Below are positions 23,160 through 37,300 of a DNA stretch of 64,000 nt, in pieces. Location of the stretch: positions 162,502,001 to 162,566,000 of the forward strand of contig CM097885.1 of NCBI GenBank assembly GCA_044892525.1, given 5' to 3'. The DNA is from Schmidtea polychroa (Eukaryota). Positions within the stretch are counted from its first letter, which is position 1, and each line of letters opens with the position of its first letter. The notes under the pieces are model-generated. The model did no database searches. It saw nothing but the letters and a program-made list of their open reading frames with translations, and was not told where the DNA came from. The position numbers were made by a program, and so were the translations under genes.

Positions 23160-24062
23160 CTGAGAAAAAGAAAATATTAAATTATGGAAAAATAAATCGA
23201 ATTACCTAGTTCGGATAGATAATCAAAATTTTCCCTAAATAAAATATCAACATAATAAAATATTTATTTAACATTTTTCAAGATTTACTTCATAAACTCT
23301 TGAGCTGTTGCCGACGATAACTAAATCTAAAATTTATTTTGTTGTTTTACTAATTGAATTTTGTCTTATTTCGCATAGATGATATAATTAGGTAATGGTA
23401 CTTAATAGAGTTTAGATGAGTTTGTAACGATTGAGAAAAAAAAATTATTTTCGGTACAGTTTTCTATGAAGTTTTATGACAAACACATAATTTAGCTCTA
23501 TACAATGCGTCTAAATATTAATTAATAATTTAGCAAAAAATCTCATAGCTGGAAGAACTGATAATATAATATATTTGTTTAAATTTTTGATTCATTTAGT
23601 TATCCCATAAATTTCATGAGCATTGATAGAAAACTTTAAGGAATTACCTTCAGCCGAATTTTTATGAGTGGAATATATCTTGGTTTAAAATAATAATCTA
23701 ACATAGCAATAAATGTTTAAAGGATTCTTTATCATTTTGTTAACAATCATTCTTAATTTATCATATGATTTGTTTGTTATAATGGTTTAGTTTATTAGGA
23801 TTTGTTGATATGTCTTGAAAGGAGGCCACGTGGTATTTTGTAAAAAAATAAAGTAGTACGATTTATCATACTTTGTCGAATTTTCCAATAATAAATGATT
23901 AAGTTTCCCTGCGATTGTTTTAGACGTTCAAGAACTATTTTTAACAATATTTACATAATGATTAGTAACGTCTGTTATCTATGAGTTTTATCTCAGCTTC
24001 CATCTTTCATATCGAAGATTTTATAAATTCACTAAAGTTTTAATTGGAAATTTAAATTAGGG

Positions 24063-24244
24063 NNNNNNNNNNNNNNNNNNNNNNNNNNNNNNNNNNNNNN
24101 NNNNNNNNNNNNNNNNNNNNNNNNNNNNNNNNNNNNNNNNNNNNNNNNNNNNNNNNNNNNNNNNNNNNNNNNNNNNNNNNNNNNNNNNNNNNNNNNNNNN
24201 NNNNNNNNNNNNNNNNNNNNNNNNNNNNNNNNNNNNNNNNNNNN
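24063..24244. other. Assembly gap (others at 34193-34369, 42553-42805, 43457-43711, 48717-48901, 50543-50693)
   Basis: Runs of N. Confidence 1.
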
Positions 24245-24312
24245 TTATTGTTATTACTGTATGGTAAATTAGACTTATTATATACATGCAGATTCGAGGT
24301 TGAATCTAAATT

Positions 24313-24323
24313 AAAGGGGGAGA
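24313..24323 (+). promoter_or_regulatory. Polypurine tract
   Basis: AAAGGGGGAGA 2 nt before the 3' LTR. Confidence 0.85.
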
Positions 24324-24325
24324 TA

Positions 24326-25199
24326 TGTTGGGGTTCAACAAGAGAGGCACAAAAATGAGGTGAAAATTGACAAAAACACCAAATTCAGAATAAAAATTTA
24401 AAGTATAAAATATTAATTAAAAATCAAAAATTTTAAAAAATGAATATTTTCTGGGGGAAACTGGTATGGGCGGATGCGAAATAATGAGACGAGTTCAGCT
24501 ATAATAAAATAAAATCAATGGGGGGTCCCTAAAAGGAATAAATTACAAAAAACAAAAATTAATTAAAAATTAATTAACTAATGGAAAACCCGAGCTAATG
24601 GGAAACCCGATACAATGGAAAACCCGAGCGAATTGAGAAATCCAATTTCGGGAAGGCAATTAATTTAGCCGGAGAAATCCAATTTTGGGAAGGCAATTAA
24701 TTTAGCCGGATAAAAAGTAAAAAGCGCCGTCAAAGAAAATGAACAAATTCCCTTCAATTAAATTAGATCTCCAAGAGGAAGCCCGGGGGGAAATAGGACC
24801 AAAGATAATTGGCAAAAATAAAGTCAATTATTAAACGAGTATAAAAGCAACTGGCAAGAAAACAAAATGCCAGTTGGTCGAAGAAAAGAAAATAGAAGTT
24901 TGAAGAGAGCGAAAAGGGAAATATTAAAGTTAGTAGAAATTAAACCATTTAAAAATCGAACGTACCAGAAAGGGACATCTCCCGTTGGAAGATCTACCCC
25001 TGCGTGAGATTTGTTAATAAATTGAAAAGTGCAGACAAAACCTGATTGTATCAAGTGTGAGTAAACTAATACAAGTGTAAAAGTGTAACTGCATCAGTGT
25101 CAATAAAGATTTTGTGTTGGGTTATTTATTTATTTATTTATTTGGAAAAGAACACAAAGGAGTCAGACCGTAGTACCGACTTGCATTAAAAACCCAACA
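24326..25199 (+). repeat. 3' LTR (874 bp)
   Basis: Copy of 14991-15895 with two fewer 17 bp units, +3 bp and a few substitutions. Confidence 0.95.
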
Positions 25200-26131
25200 A
25201 TATTTATGATATTCAATAAAGTTTTCAGTGTTAATTGTTATCTGTGGGTCAATTAAAGTCACGCTTGGAGTCAGAAATAATTCATTTAATTTAAATTTCA
25301 CCAACGACCCAATACAATCCTCTGGATAACTATTATTAGGATCATATTTATTTTCACTGTGTTCAGTTAATATCTTTCCCGTATAATTATCACTATTAAC
25401 CGCATCCACATCCTCATCGTGATGACCATTAATAAAATTATTGTTATTGGTTCTACCACTTCAATTATTATTATTATTAATATTATCATTTCATTATCAT
25501 TCGCCTATCTTATCTTGGTGAATTTGCATTTTTTCGATTCATTTATTTCCTCTCAGAAGCTTGAAACCAATCGATTGTTAATTTCGCTGATGCGATAAAA
25601 TTTCCCGTTGAGACGAAATTATAATTTATTTTTTTACGTTTTGGCGGTTAAGAGGCTAAAAGATTTGAAAACACTGAACCAAACAGGTGGATAAAGGATG
25701 GTAGACAAAAGAAGGAGAATTACGAAGAGGGTCAACAGAAATACCTAATTAAAGAATGATAGCTAAGGAAGTCAAAACCAATTACGTCAAAAAAAACGAT
25801 TATTGGAGTATATAAGGAAACTCCAAATTCACATAATCGGAAGTAGCCTTAGGTAGGGAAGAAGAAAAGGACAATAGGAGTTGGAGGAATGAAGTCAAGA
25901 AGAAAAAGTGAATTACAAGAGGATCTAAGGAGTCAGAAAGGGAGTATTTAAAGTGTTCGGATCAGAGAGCGGAATCAAATAAAAAGGTGAAACTTATTTT
26001 TAAATCGTACAAGGTCGAGACGTTCCAGAGCGGAGTTCGATCGGAAATTGTGAGAAAATCGTAGTTAACTAAAAGTTATAATTATTTATTGAGCATTGGA
26101 AATTTGCTATAAAACAATTATACGTTGGGAG

Positions 26132-26286
26132 CAACGTTCCCTCTAAGCTGCGCGCGTACGCGCGCGCAGCACCTCCAAATTATTTTCAGCGCAGTATACT
26201 TAATTCAACCGCTAATTTGTATTTCAAGGCTGCTCAGCGCAGCTGACTTTGCGCGCACTGCTGCTTATGGCTTAGAGGGAACATTG
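26132..26286. mobile_element. 155 bp hAT MITE
   Basis: TIR CAA(C/T)GTTCCCTCTAAGC; perfect 8 bp TSD GTTGGGAG. Confidence 0.9.
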
Positions 26287-26599
26287 GTTGGGAGTTGTGG
26301 TTTTTGGAATACGTAGCTACTTGTATTCTTGATTAGAAATGTAGAAATCAGGCAAAATTTGGTTAAACAATGTTTCTATTTTTAAATGTAAAACTTAAAA
26401 CGGCACCCAACCGGTAAAAATGGGTCAAATGAAAAATTGAAATAATCCTATTTTATAAACCTAACATGATCTACAACTTTTATTTGTAACATTGTTGCAA
26501 TTTCACCTCTTTTGGGTATCTACTGTAGTAAATGAAGGCGACCCTGAGTAGGGTTAGGTTACCCTAGGGGTGGTAACCTGGGTTTGAAACATAGCCTAT

Positions 26600-27686
26600 G
26601 GCCTGTCTCGAGTCAAATGAGAGTCACATGCAAAATTACAGCACAATAGGTCCAACGGTGTGGAATTCTATGGGTACCAAACAAACAAACTTTCATCTTT
26701 ACATATTAGATTCGAGCAATAAAGAGTTCCTGAAATATTTAGAAACTGAATATGGCGACATGGTTTTAATACCGAAGTACGTTGGCTTAGCTGCGGTGCA
26801 ATGCTAAAGAGTATGCAACTTAAAAAGCGAAATACAATTGTTCTTGGAAATGAATGGCTATATATGTCTTCCCACATTTTGGTAATAAAGAATGGATGCG
26901 CGATTTTGGGTTTCTTATCGACATGACTCAGCATCTCAATGATCTTAAGGTCGAACTTCAAGGCAAAGGACAGTCTATTCACAATTTGTATGATAAAATT
27001 CAGGGCTTTGACCGCAAATTAAAATTGTGGACACAGCATCTTTTGTAGAATAATGTGTCTCACTTTCCACATTTAAAAAAAGAAAACGTTACTACTTCTT
27101 AAAAATATGGCATAATATATAGACATTTTAATCAACGAATTTCAATTACGATTCCAAATGTTCAAAACTGAGAAGTCATTGGTTTCCATGAAAATGTTTT
27201 CCTCGACATTTAATATCGATGTGGATACAGTTCCCGAAGACTTTCAAGACACGCAGAATAGTAACGATTTAAATAGTATGTGAGCCCTCAGAAATTTCTG
27301 CTTTTGGCGAAAAATGCAAAGCAAATGATGTCTCTGTTCGTAAATTCCTATGTTTGAGAAGTTATTTTCAACCATGAAAATAATCAAAAATGACCACCGA
27401 TTAAGATTCTCAGACTTAGAGTAGCTACCTCATCAATTCCTGCTGATATTGATCAGTTTGTATCGGAAAAAAACAGTGCCAAATATCTCATTAAAAATTT
27501 CAAGTAAATTCGTTTCATTGTTCCCTTCTTGTTTGTTATTATTTTGCATTAAAATTTGAATATGAAATCTTTAATTTTTATTAAATTTTATATTTTTTAT
27601 TCTAATGTTTATTATAAATAAAGTTTTGTAAATTATTAATAAGTGTTTAAATTGGACCATTGATTATAAAGGTTGCTCATTTCTGT
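26600..27686 (+). mobile_element. hAT GTF2IRD2-like transposase 3' remnant
   Basis: HLNDLKVELQGKGQSIHNLYDKI, FSTMKIIKNDH; TIR-like AAGGTTGCTCATTTCTG. Confidence 0.8.
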
Positions 27687-28064
27687 TATAGATTAATAGA
27701 AAACAACATATTGATCTTTAGTCTGAAAAGAAAATTGAATATTTTACCCATTAACTTATTGTTAATTGATTAACAACAATTCAAAATACAAATGCAGCTA
27801 AAAATATATTGTTATAAATATTGATATTACTAACAGTATTAGATGAAAAATATCTTTGAAAAAATGTAAAATTTATTTGATTTGGAAATAAAAGAAAATA
27901 GAATAGGATTGATCTTGAAATAACTTGCTTTCGAATAAAAAGTATGGAGATAAATAAAATGAATAACTAATAGATTGCAGAAACATCTATTTATTAAAGA
28001 AAACAGTACTAATATATTTAATGGAGTTATAATAGTTGTTAGGGAAAAAAAATTTGAATCAGCT

Positions 28065-28322
28065 TCAACTGACTTCTGGTTTACGAGCTGGAATAAATTT
28101 GGAATTGATTGGAACTACATTCAACAGTAGGTTATTCTTGATTACATATTCATATCCAACACTGCTTTTCACACTAGTCGACTTATATTTATACATCAAA
28201 CATTTAATAACTGGACGTGAAATGAATGCATTCACTTTCGATTCAATCCACATTAATTTATTAATAAATGTTTGCTGTGGAACAGAACTCGTTGGAGTAT
28301 ATGAACATTTCTCATAAAGTAT
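28065..28322 (-). CDS. PRELID1: PRELID1-like exon 4
   Basis: ttcag acceptor; ILYEKCSY...KYKSTSVKSSVGYEYVI. Confidence 0.85.
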   Translation of the reverse strand: MLYEKCSYTPTSSVPQQTFINKLMWIESKVNAFISRPVIKCLMYKYKSTSVKSSVGYEYVIKNNLLLNVVPINSKFIPARKPEVS

Positions 28323-31300
28323 CTGAATATTGACAATGTTCAACATTTCATAAATTCAATGATAAATGCAGCACAATAATTCTATCTTCATTTGTTTTGA
28401 AATTGAGTTATTTTATATAGGCATAAAAATTCACTTAATTTAAACAAAAAATCAATTTTCACATAAACGTCACGTTTATTAAACGAATAAAAATTAAAAA
28501 GATGTGTCACAATTGAATGGTTTAGTTCAGGTCTCTCAAATCTACAATCTACCGCTTTATATCTGTATAAATAAAATAACAGATTTTTACAATGTATTTT
28601 GACAAATTAATTAATTATTCAAAATACCACATGGTTAATGCATTTTGAATGTTGATGTTTCGGTTGATTGATTTTATTATCAAGGTCTCACTAGTAATAT
28701 ATTTTTAATAGTTTTGAAACCTCAGATTACACTTTAAAATTGGAAATGTGAATTTTTAACTTACACTTTTAATTGGATTAAAACTGAGTATAAAGATAGC
28801 AAAAACGATACTGTATATAAAATGTGAAATTATGTATAGATTAGGGTTGCTAGGCGTCCTGGTTTTGAAATCATTGTCCCGGTGTCCCGAAAGAGGTCTT
28901 CGGGACGCTCAATAGTCCCGTTTTTTGCATTGCAATATTGCAAACAAAATTAAAAATTTTGGAGGACAACTGCCTCCAAAGTTTCGTTTATTTATCACAC
29001 TTTCTATTTTTCGAATTAGCTTTCTTGTTCGATGGGTTTTAATATGAAACTTTTCCAGTTGGGTAGTTTGTTTTTGTTATGAATTACAGATGGTTAAGTT
29101 TTGTTTTTGTTTAATTTAATCTTTGGCCGCCGTGGGAAAGTTACTTTTTTATTTACAATATTTAAGGCTATTAAATTATTTTAAAATATATGAGTTTATT
29201 GATTTTTATATTTATACTTGGTTTATTATTTTAATTTTTTATATAGTTACTAGGTTTGTCTTGGTGAAAATCTGGCAACCCTAGGATAGATAGCTTACAC
29301 ATGCTTTACTGAATAATACGACAATCGAGAAAGTTCTAATCATTTGTCACGAAAACTGGGTAAATCCAAGAAAATACCAACTCAACACACACAGTGAACC
29401 ACAAATGAAAAAATGAAAAAAAAAAAAAACTTGAAATGTGATAATACTTTTTTCCAATATTACGATTTCGAGAACCTTTAGAATTATTTGATGTTATAAC
29501 ATTAGACCAGTGTTTCTCAGACTTGTCTCACTAGCGGTACACTAAAAATTTAGAAAAGCTCGCGGCACACCCGCCCAAAAATCAAATATTTTTACAAATT
29601 TTTTGACTTTTCAATGATATATAACAAAGCTACTTTTTAGTCTATACTAATTAAATATGATTACAAGATTTTTATAAGGTAATAAAGACAATTCTTTGTA
29701 ATTTTGATACAGAGAAGCGACTTTTTCATAGTAAAAAGCTTGATATAGTTTTTGTAATTTTTTTTATTAACAACTTTTTTGGGAAAAAAAAATCTCGCGG
29801 CACACCGTTTGAGAAACACTGCATTAGCCTATGTCAGCCCATTCCCTACCATGCAAGGGAGAAATATATTAAGGGTTAAACTGTATTTGTGTATTTACTT
29901 GTCTGCAGACGAGGCCCGTTCATTTGGAAATTGCATATGATTTGGAAACAGAAGCATTTATACAAGTACACCTAATTCTGTTTTTACGCGAATTTTATTT
30001 AACACGAATTAAAAAATTTTTTTTCTCTTTTTACACGAATTGCTTTGTTTTAACACGATTTTCAATATTCTATTAATTTTTTTTTATTTTCATTTTTCAC
30101 AAATTATGTATACATACTAGAGATTGTAAATTTACCAATTTTTTCATTTACCGGTAAATCGGTAAATGAAAATAAAATTACCGGTTTACCGGGAAATTAT
30201 CGGGAAATTTTTTTTCTCTAAAAGATAAAATAAAGTGTCCAAAGAAACAAGTTTAAATTTCCATTTCATGATTTTTATTTCAAAAATATAAAATATGAAA
30301 AATATGAAATATGTATTATTAAAAATCTAAACAAACTATAATAATATTTTAGAAACAAATAAAAATAATAATTGAGTAGAAATAGCTTTATTAACTAATA
30401 GTTTTCTATTTATTAACATATTTTTAAAAATAGCTCCTCAAAAAACTTAAATTATTTAAAGTCCTATCCCCTAATTTTGTTTTTATTTTTGTACAAAATA
30501 ACCCAGAGCTCGAAAATACCCTTTCTGAATCAACACTTGTTGGACGAATTGTTATCAAATTGTTATCATATACCATTTGAATATACTTTCCTCGTATTTT
30601 CTCTTGGTGGAAGTACTCTAATTCTTTTTTCACAATATATTGCCTTTTTTGTTTTTTTAGTTGTGGAACTGATCTTTCCTGGCATTCTGTTTTTGTTTTA
30701 TCAGATCGTATAATTTCTGCTTTATAGGCATTTCTACATTAACTGTAGAATTGTCAATATTTTTGTTATCTGACTCTAAACTGGTATCCAAATCAGTATG
30801 ATTTAACTGAATCTGACAATCAACAACAATAATCGAAAGTATATCCACAATACTTTTGATTATTGTTGGTTTTTGGTGATATGAAAAATATTGTAGTTTT
30901 CCTGATTCAAAAAACCAAATTAGGGTCTGTCAAATATTGCAGAACATGGAGTTACTCGATTTGGTAAGTGGCACGTTAATATCAAATGTAATAGCATAAT
31001 AGTAAAATAAAAACTTACCTTAGCTTTCAAAACTCGCACAAAATACAAACAAATTAACTTAGAAAATATGTAATATAAGGTAATTTATTTATAAAAATTA
31101 TAACTTTTTGTAAATCATGTAAAGGACTCGTAACTCTTACTTTTAGGTATTTATAAATACGATATTTTACACATAAAAATTTCTAGCAAGGATTTTTAAT
31201 TTACCGAATTTACCGGTAAATTTACCGAGTGTTTTTTGCCAATTTACCGGTAAACCGGTATACAATCCCTAATACATACATGAATATCTTACAGAGAACT

Positions 31301-34300
31301 TTATAATGGTTTAACACGAAACCACACACAATCTTTAATAACTGATGTCACTCTAAAAATTTCTGAATTATCAACACAGGAGACTAGCGATAATAATACA
31401 AAAATAATTTCCCAAGATGATGAACAAAATAATTCGAGTGATAGCAGTGATATTGTAGTCTTACGTATATGTGTATCAGAAAATGACAATGAATAAAAAT
31501 TTGTTATGATTTGGAAAATAGAAAATAATATCAGAAATTCATTAATATAAAAGTAAAAATAATAAACATAATTTATTTTTTATATAATATATTTAATGAA
31601 TTAAAATGTGTACACGAAAAATAAATTCTTTTGTGAACTCTAACAAGGATTTTTTTATATTTATTATTATACTTTGTTTGTTTATTGTACTTTTGTTGCT
31701 TTTTAAGGTGTGGAACCGATCTACTATTTTTCCATTCAGTCAATATCTTTTTTACACGAAATTTTTAGGAATGTATCTATTGTGTAAAAACAGAATTATG
31801 TGTATTTATAAGGTTTATCAACAGTCAAAGAAAGTCAAGACGTATGTTATCAAATAATGTTAGATATTTCATTGAAGCAGCAAATAGAGCATTAAATAAC
31901 TATAAACTGAAAAAGGTTCTGATGGATCATCTAACAGTGAAAGAGTAATGCAGATTGACAGGTGATGAAATGTACTATGTAATAATTAACATTTTAAAAT
32001 TTTGTGCTCGCAGTGCGCTGACATTTCAGTGGATGCGTGTTTATAAGTGTTGAGCAGTTTGACGAATTTACATGAAACGAGTTTGTTAGTGTATAGCAAT
32101 TAACAATTATTTTTTAACACAAGGCGCGAAACTACTTGCCCGGAGCGTATGATGCACACATTTTTCACGAGTATATTTGTTTAGAGCAGCGTTTCGCAAA
32201 GTGGGTTTCGTGGACTGATAGGAGGGATTCCGCAAATTTTTTGTAAATAAATAATTTATAAAAAAAAATTTTTAAATAAAGATTAAATAATTTTCGATTT
32301 TATTCGATCCAATTTAAAATTCTTTTTCAAAGGGAAACCACAGTTTTTTTAATTATATTGTTTTAAAATACGCATTAAAAATATGAATTTTAATAATATT
32401 TGATAAAAAGGTAAGTTATTTTTTCAATTTTTGAAAATAATCATATGAGTATTTTTTTATTATCGATAAATTTTGTGAATAGTTAACCCAAATTTTGTGA
32501 TGATGAAACGTTGGTTAAAACAAGGGACTTCAAAAACTAAAAACACTAAAGCTCATATTAATATTCACGATATTAAAATTCTAAGATTTTTGTAAATAGG
32601 GTTCCGTCAAAAATTTGAAATCAAAAAGGGTGTCTGGTGAAAAAACTTTGGGAAACGCTGCTTTAGAGCAACGAAATGGTTAAAGCAGAATAGATGGTCA
32701 ATTTGAAATCATTGACAAAAATGATAAATATTACCAAAGCCAGAGGATAAACATAAATTATAAATGGAAGAGTAATGGAACTATAAGCGTATCTACGAAG
32801 AAGTTAAATGAAAGAGTTGGTCCTAGTGCAAGGTCCCAGGGTAAAATGTACACAAGAAAAAAAGAAGTTAAAAGGGTGAATATCATGTGAGAAATGGATA
32901 AATGGTCATTAGCAAGAGTTTTGGAACTATATGCAGGTAGAGATGGTAGATCAAGGGTAATGAAAGTAATAGTAAATTATAAAGAATCCACACGCCACTT
33001 GACCAAGTTATCCCTGTTAAGTGAATCAGCGTTGATTGATTGGATCAAATCAAAAAATGGAAATGTTTTATAGTGTATGTATAGTCATATATATTTAACT
33101 CCAATTTTACAAAATTTTAAACAAACTATCGATATTCTTTGTCAAATTGTTTTTCAATAACCTTTAAAAACTGAAATTCGAATGAATTTTAATTCAACAA
33201 AGTGTAATTTTCCAATATAGATAAACAATTTGAATCTCATAAAAGTATACGCACAATTCGTAAATCGAAAAACATTTTCAATAAAAAAAATTCAATAACT
33301 TTTTACAGAAATATTTAAAATTTGGATAACATTACAGTTATTTTATTTATATAAAATAAAATAACTGTAAAAAAACGTACAAATTAATATTAATTACAGT
33401 AAAACCTCTACTTAAGACCACCTCCCTAAAGAGACCACCTCTAGTTAAGACCTCTATTTCTTCGGAACCAAATTTACACAGTAGTTTACTGGGACAAATA
33501 ACCCTCCATAATAGGACCACCCCTCTCGTTAAGACCACTTTTCGTAAAAAATATTTTTAGTTTAAATATTTTTTGTTTAAATATTTTTTGTTTAAATATT
33601 TTTTTTAAATTAAAATGGGAGTAAAAAAAACGAGAAAGAAGCTTACATTGAGCGAGAAGATGGATGTTATTAAATCTTCTGAGCGAGGAGAAGGACAGAG
33701 ACTTATTGCAAGACGATTTTCTTGTAGTAAAACGCAAGTCCACAATATCATTGTTAACAAAGAAGAAATAAAGAAGCTTTGGAACAATAATGCAAATAAA
33801 AAACTAAAACGACTAACAAATCAGCAGTTTAAACTTATCAATGAGTATGTTCTAGAGTGGTATGAAAACAAAGTGCTGCGAGGCTTTCCTATTAACGGAG
33901 AATTGTTGAAAGCATGAACAAAAGTTGACGAATATGACAGTTTTTGATAACAGTGAAGCCAAATCGAAGAGACAAACAACATTAGATGAGTTTTTATAAT
34001 AAAATCTTCAATTTAAGTCTAGTTTTCTTTATAAAAATAAAATCCTCTCTAATAGGACCACCTCTAGTAAAGACCACTTTTGGTCCGAAACCAAGGGTGG
34101 TCCTATTAGAGAGGTTTCACTGTAATATATATGCGTTAATATTAACATATATATTAATTTGTACGTTTTTTGACCCGCGTATAAGTCGAAGTNNNNNNNN
34201 NNNNNNNNNNNNNNNNNNNNNNNNNNNNNNNNNNNNNNNNNNNNNNNNNNNNNNNNNNNNNNNNNNNNNNNNNNNNNNNNNNNNNNNNNNNNNNNNNNNN

Positions 34301-37300
34301 NNNNNNNNNNNNNNNNNNNNNNNNNNNNNNNNNNNNNNNNNNNNNNNNNNNNNNNNNNNNNNNNNNNNNTTATTTTTACCATTGAATTTATTAAAAAGTG
34401 AGTTTGAAGACTATAAATCAGTAATATGTCGATGTTTGTTGATACTCACGAATTTTCGACACTGCCTTTTTCAATATCACCTTTTTAAAACATATTAATA
34501 ATACAAATACTTTATTCAACCGGAAGTAGAATTTTAATGTTTTTTAAGGTTGGAACAATATTATAATGATAAATAATGTAATTGGATGACATAAAATATG
34601 ACAGAATCTCAAAAAACTATATTGGATTTTTACCATTTTATATTAAAAATGTTTGGTTGGATTTCATGTGACGTATGAAATCAATGTTATAAAATGAATA
34701 CAACATTAACCAAATTATCATTGTCAAACAGAATTTAATTAGACCGATTAGTGAATGTTTGTTTCACAGTGAACTTGAGATTTTTATTTTTTCACATGAT
34801 TTTAATTTATTCGCATAACACAATTGATTGTATCATTGTATCTAGACAAAATACGTATTTTTGAATTTTCTGACAGTAACGCCCTTTGAATTGGTCACTG
34901 TTAATATAGGAATTGATTAATTTCCAATAACAATTACAGGAAATTTTCGATAAGTGTCGCAAGAATTGACACAATTATTTTTAAATCCCATAAAAAATAA
35001 GGTGACAGTTATCAAATTTACAATAATCGATATTTGATTGATGTTTCGAGGGTTTTAAGTATCCATCAAAATAGCTATTGGGTGTGTCATATTAATCGAG
35101 AATTTTCTTTATCTCAATTTTTGCAATTTTTCTGAATAGCTGGAGCGTATTTTACTACATTCTAGATTTGCCATTACGAAGATTTCCAGGCGAAATTCAA
35201 TAATTTCAGGTGAAAGATGTAGACAAACCTACTTTCTATTTTTAATCCGATGACTTATTTTGATGCCAAAATTTATCCATTGCCTCATTTTTTTGTTACC
35301 TATTTATTCAAGAACGCTTCTAGTTTTGAAGAAACAAATTTATTTAATAAGATACTAATTATCAGTCTTTTTAATTTATAGAACTGTTAAGAACTGATGT
35401 AGGATTGCCAACTCCCGCAACCTCGAACCCGAGAGATCGTAAAATTGCGAACAGTATAACGCTCAAGAAATAATATAACGTCTGTTTTTTCACTTTTTTG
35501 GTTTACACAAATTAGTGATTTTAACTATATGATGACTAATACCATAAAGATTTAAACAAAACAATTATTTTTACATATTATATTTTACATTTTTTACATT
35601 TTAAAAGTGAAAAAACCTGACAGTGACAGACTAATAACGTGGGTAAGAAGAAAAACATAAAATCGCTCGCCGCGAACAAACAACTTAAATCAATCGAAGG
35701 GTCAAATTTTCGGAAAAATACTATCACGGGCCACAATAATAACGATTCAAGTAAACTTAGAATCAATTTTTTAAATTAAAAACATCCTTAATTCGAATAT
35801 GAATTCTAAAAAAAACAATTATTGATTTGATGTTTAAAATTGTGTCTGGGCCATATCAAAACGCTTCGCGGGCCACCGGTTGGCCATCGCTGACTTAAAC
35901 TTCCGGTGACAGTGAGCAAAAATAAATCTTGACTATCATTATTTTAGAGAAATCAAATAAAAGTTAAAACTTCAAAAACTGCACTTTTTTCTTGAAATAT
36001 TGTAAAAACGGAAAGACGGGAGATTTACATTTCCCGGGAGACGAGAGACGAAAGCCGATTCCGGGAGACTCCCGGCAAAAACGGGAGAGTTACCAAGCCT
36101 AAACTGATGTTGTAGTACGAGAGAACGTCCATATGAATGTTGCCCATTAAATCGGTTTAATTTAAAATAAGAATAGATAAAGAAAAAATAGGGTTTTAAA
36201 TTTCAGTTTTAAGAAATGTCCTTATTGACCTTGGCCCTGAGTATGAACTTCACTTTTCACATTGACGTTTAAATAGATGTTCTCATGCTTAAGAATTCAT
36301 TGAGAAACTCAATATTCAAGTTTTTATTTACACCACTAATGAAATGGGATTAGGAAAAATGGTATGATTCTGGTGAATAAATTTGTGACCTTAATTTTAT
36401 GGTTTTATATGGATTCTATTAACATCATGTTGTGAGAGCTCTCGTGGTGAGCTCTCATGGCTGTGTAAACGGAAAATGAATTAAAAAGACGAATCTTGAA
36501 CCTAGAGATTTGCAATTCCCGCGAACCAGATCCCCGATATCCCGTGGAAGGATGAAGTCACTTAGCCATAACGCTGTTGAAAATACGCAGGCGGGCGAAA
36601 CCAGACCATGGATGTTGTTGACGAGTTGGAATGTTGTAAAATTTAATGGAATATGGTAGAAAAGTGAAGCAGTATGTAAATGAAAGTTGAACGCTAGAAA
36701 ACGTAAGTCCTTCTATCGGCATCTAGGAACCCCAAAGTGAAGACGAAAGAAGGGAGCTCACCTGCTCATTGCTTTTTAGCCGTTATGCACACTACCAACA
36801 TGGTAGTTACCATGGTTGTTTAGGAGGGAGGATGATATATTATCAGCAACCCTAGATTATTAAAACACATCCCTAGATCCCAACAATAAAACAGAATCGA
36901 AGTTACCTATAAATGCTACCAGAATGGGAAAGCTTTCAGTAAAATCATTTATCTTTTTGTTCATTATTGATCTAATCCTTTTATTAATTTTTATTTAATT
37001 TTCAACTATATATCAGTAAACTGTATATTCGACATATATTTTTGGCACTACTTTGTTTAACAATAACCTTATTTTATAAACTGAATGATGATAATCACTT
37101 AATGTAAACTGTTTCAAAGATAATAGTTGGATAAGAAAAATAATTCTCTGGTCAATAATTCAGCAGAATAAGCTTCAATAATCGAAATAAAAATAAACAA
37201 AAAAAGAAAGAAATAAAAACAAATTCATATTAAATTAAAAAATATATAAAATATAAGTTAAATTAGTTTTCATCCAATTCGCCTTAAAAGCTGCAAGCTG

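Larger units (their letters stand above)
14991..25199 (+). mobile_element. LTR-bounded 10.2 kb unit (gag, no pol, cargo), 4 bp TSD ATAT
   Basis: Near-identical LTRs, PBS after the left one, PPT before the right one, ATAT on both flanks; an N-gap lies inside. Confidence 0.7.

Noticed and set aside
33615-33917. Domesticated Tigger-derived host gene
   Set aside because: Truncated HTH-only ORF inside intact TIRs and a TA TSD.
37230-37300. LAAFKANWMKTNLTYIL as the last PRELID1 exon
   Set aside because: Short, with an in-frame stop just upstream; the exon at 28065-28322 matches far better and in phase.
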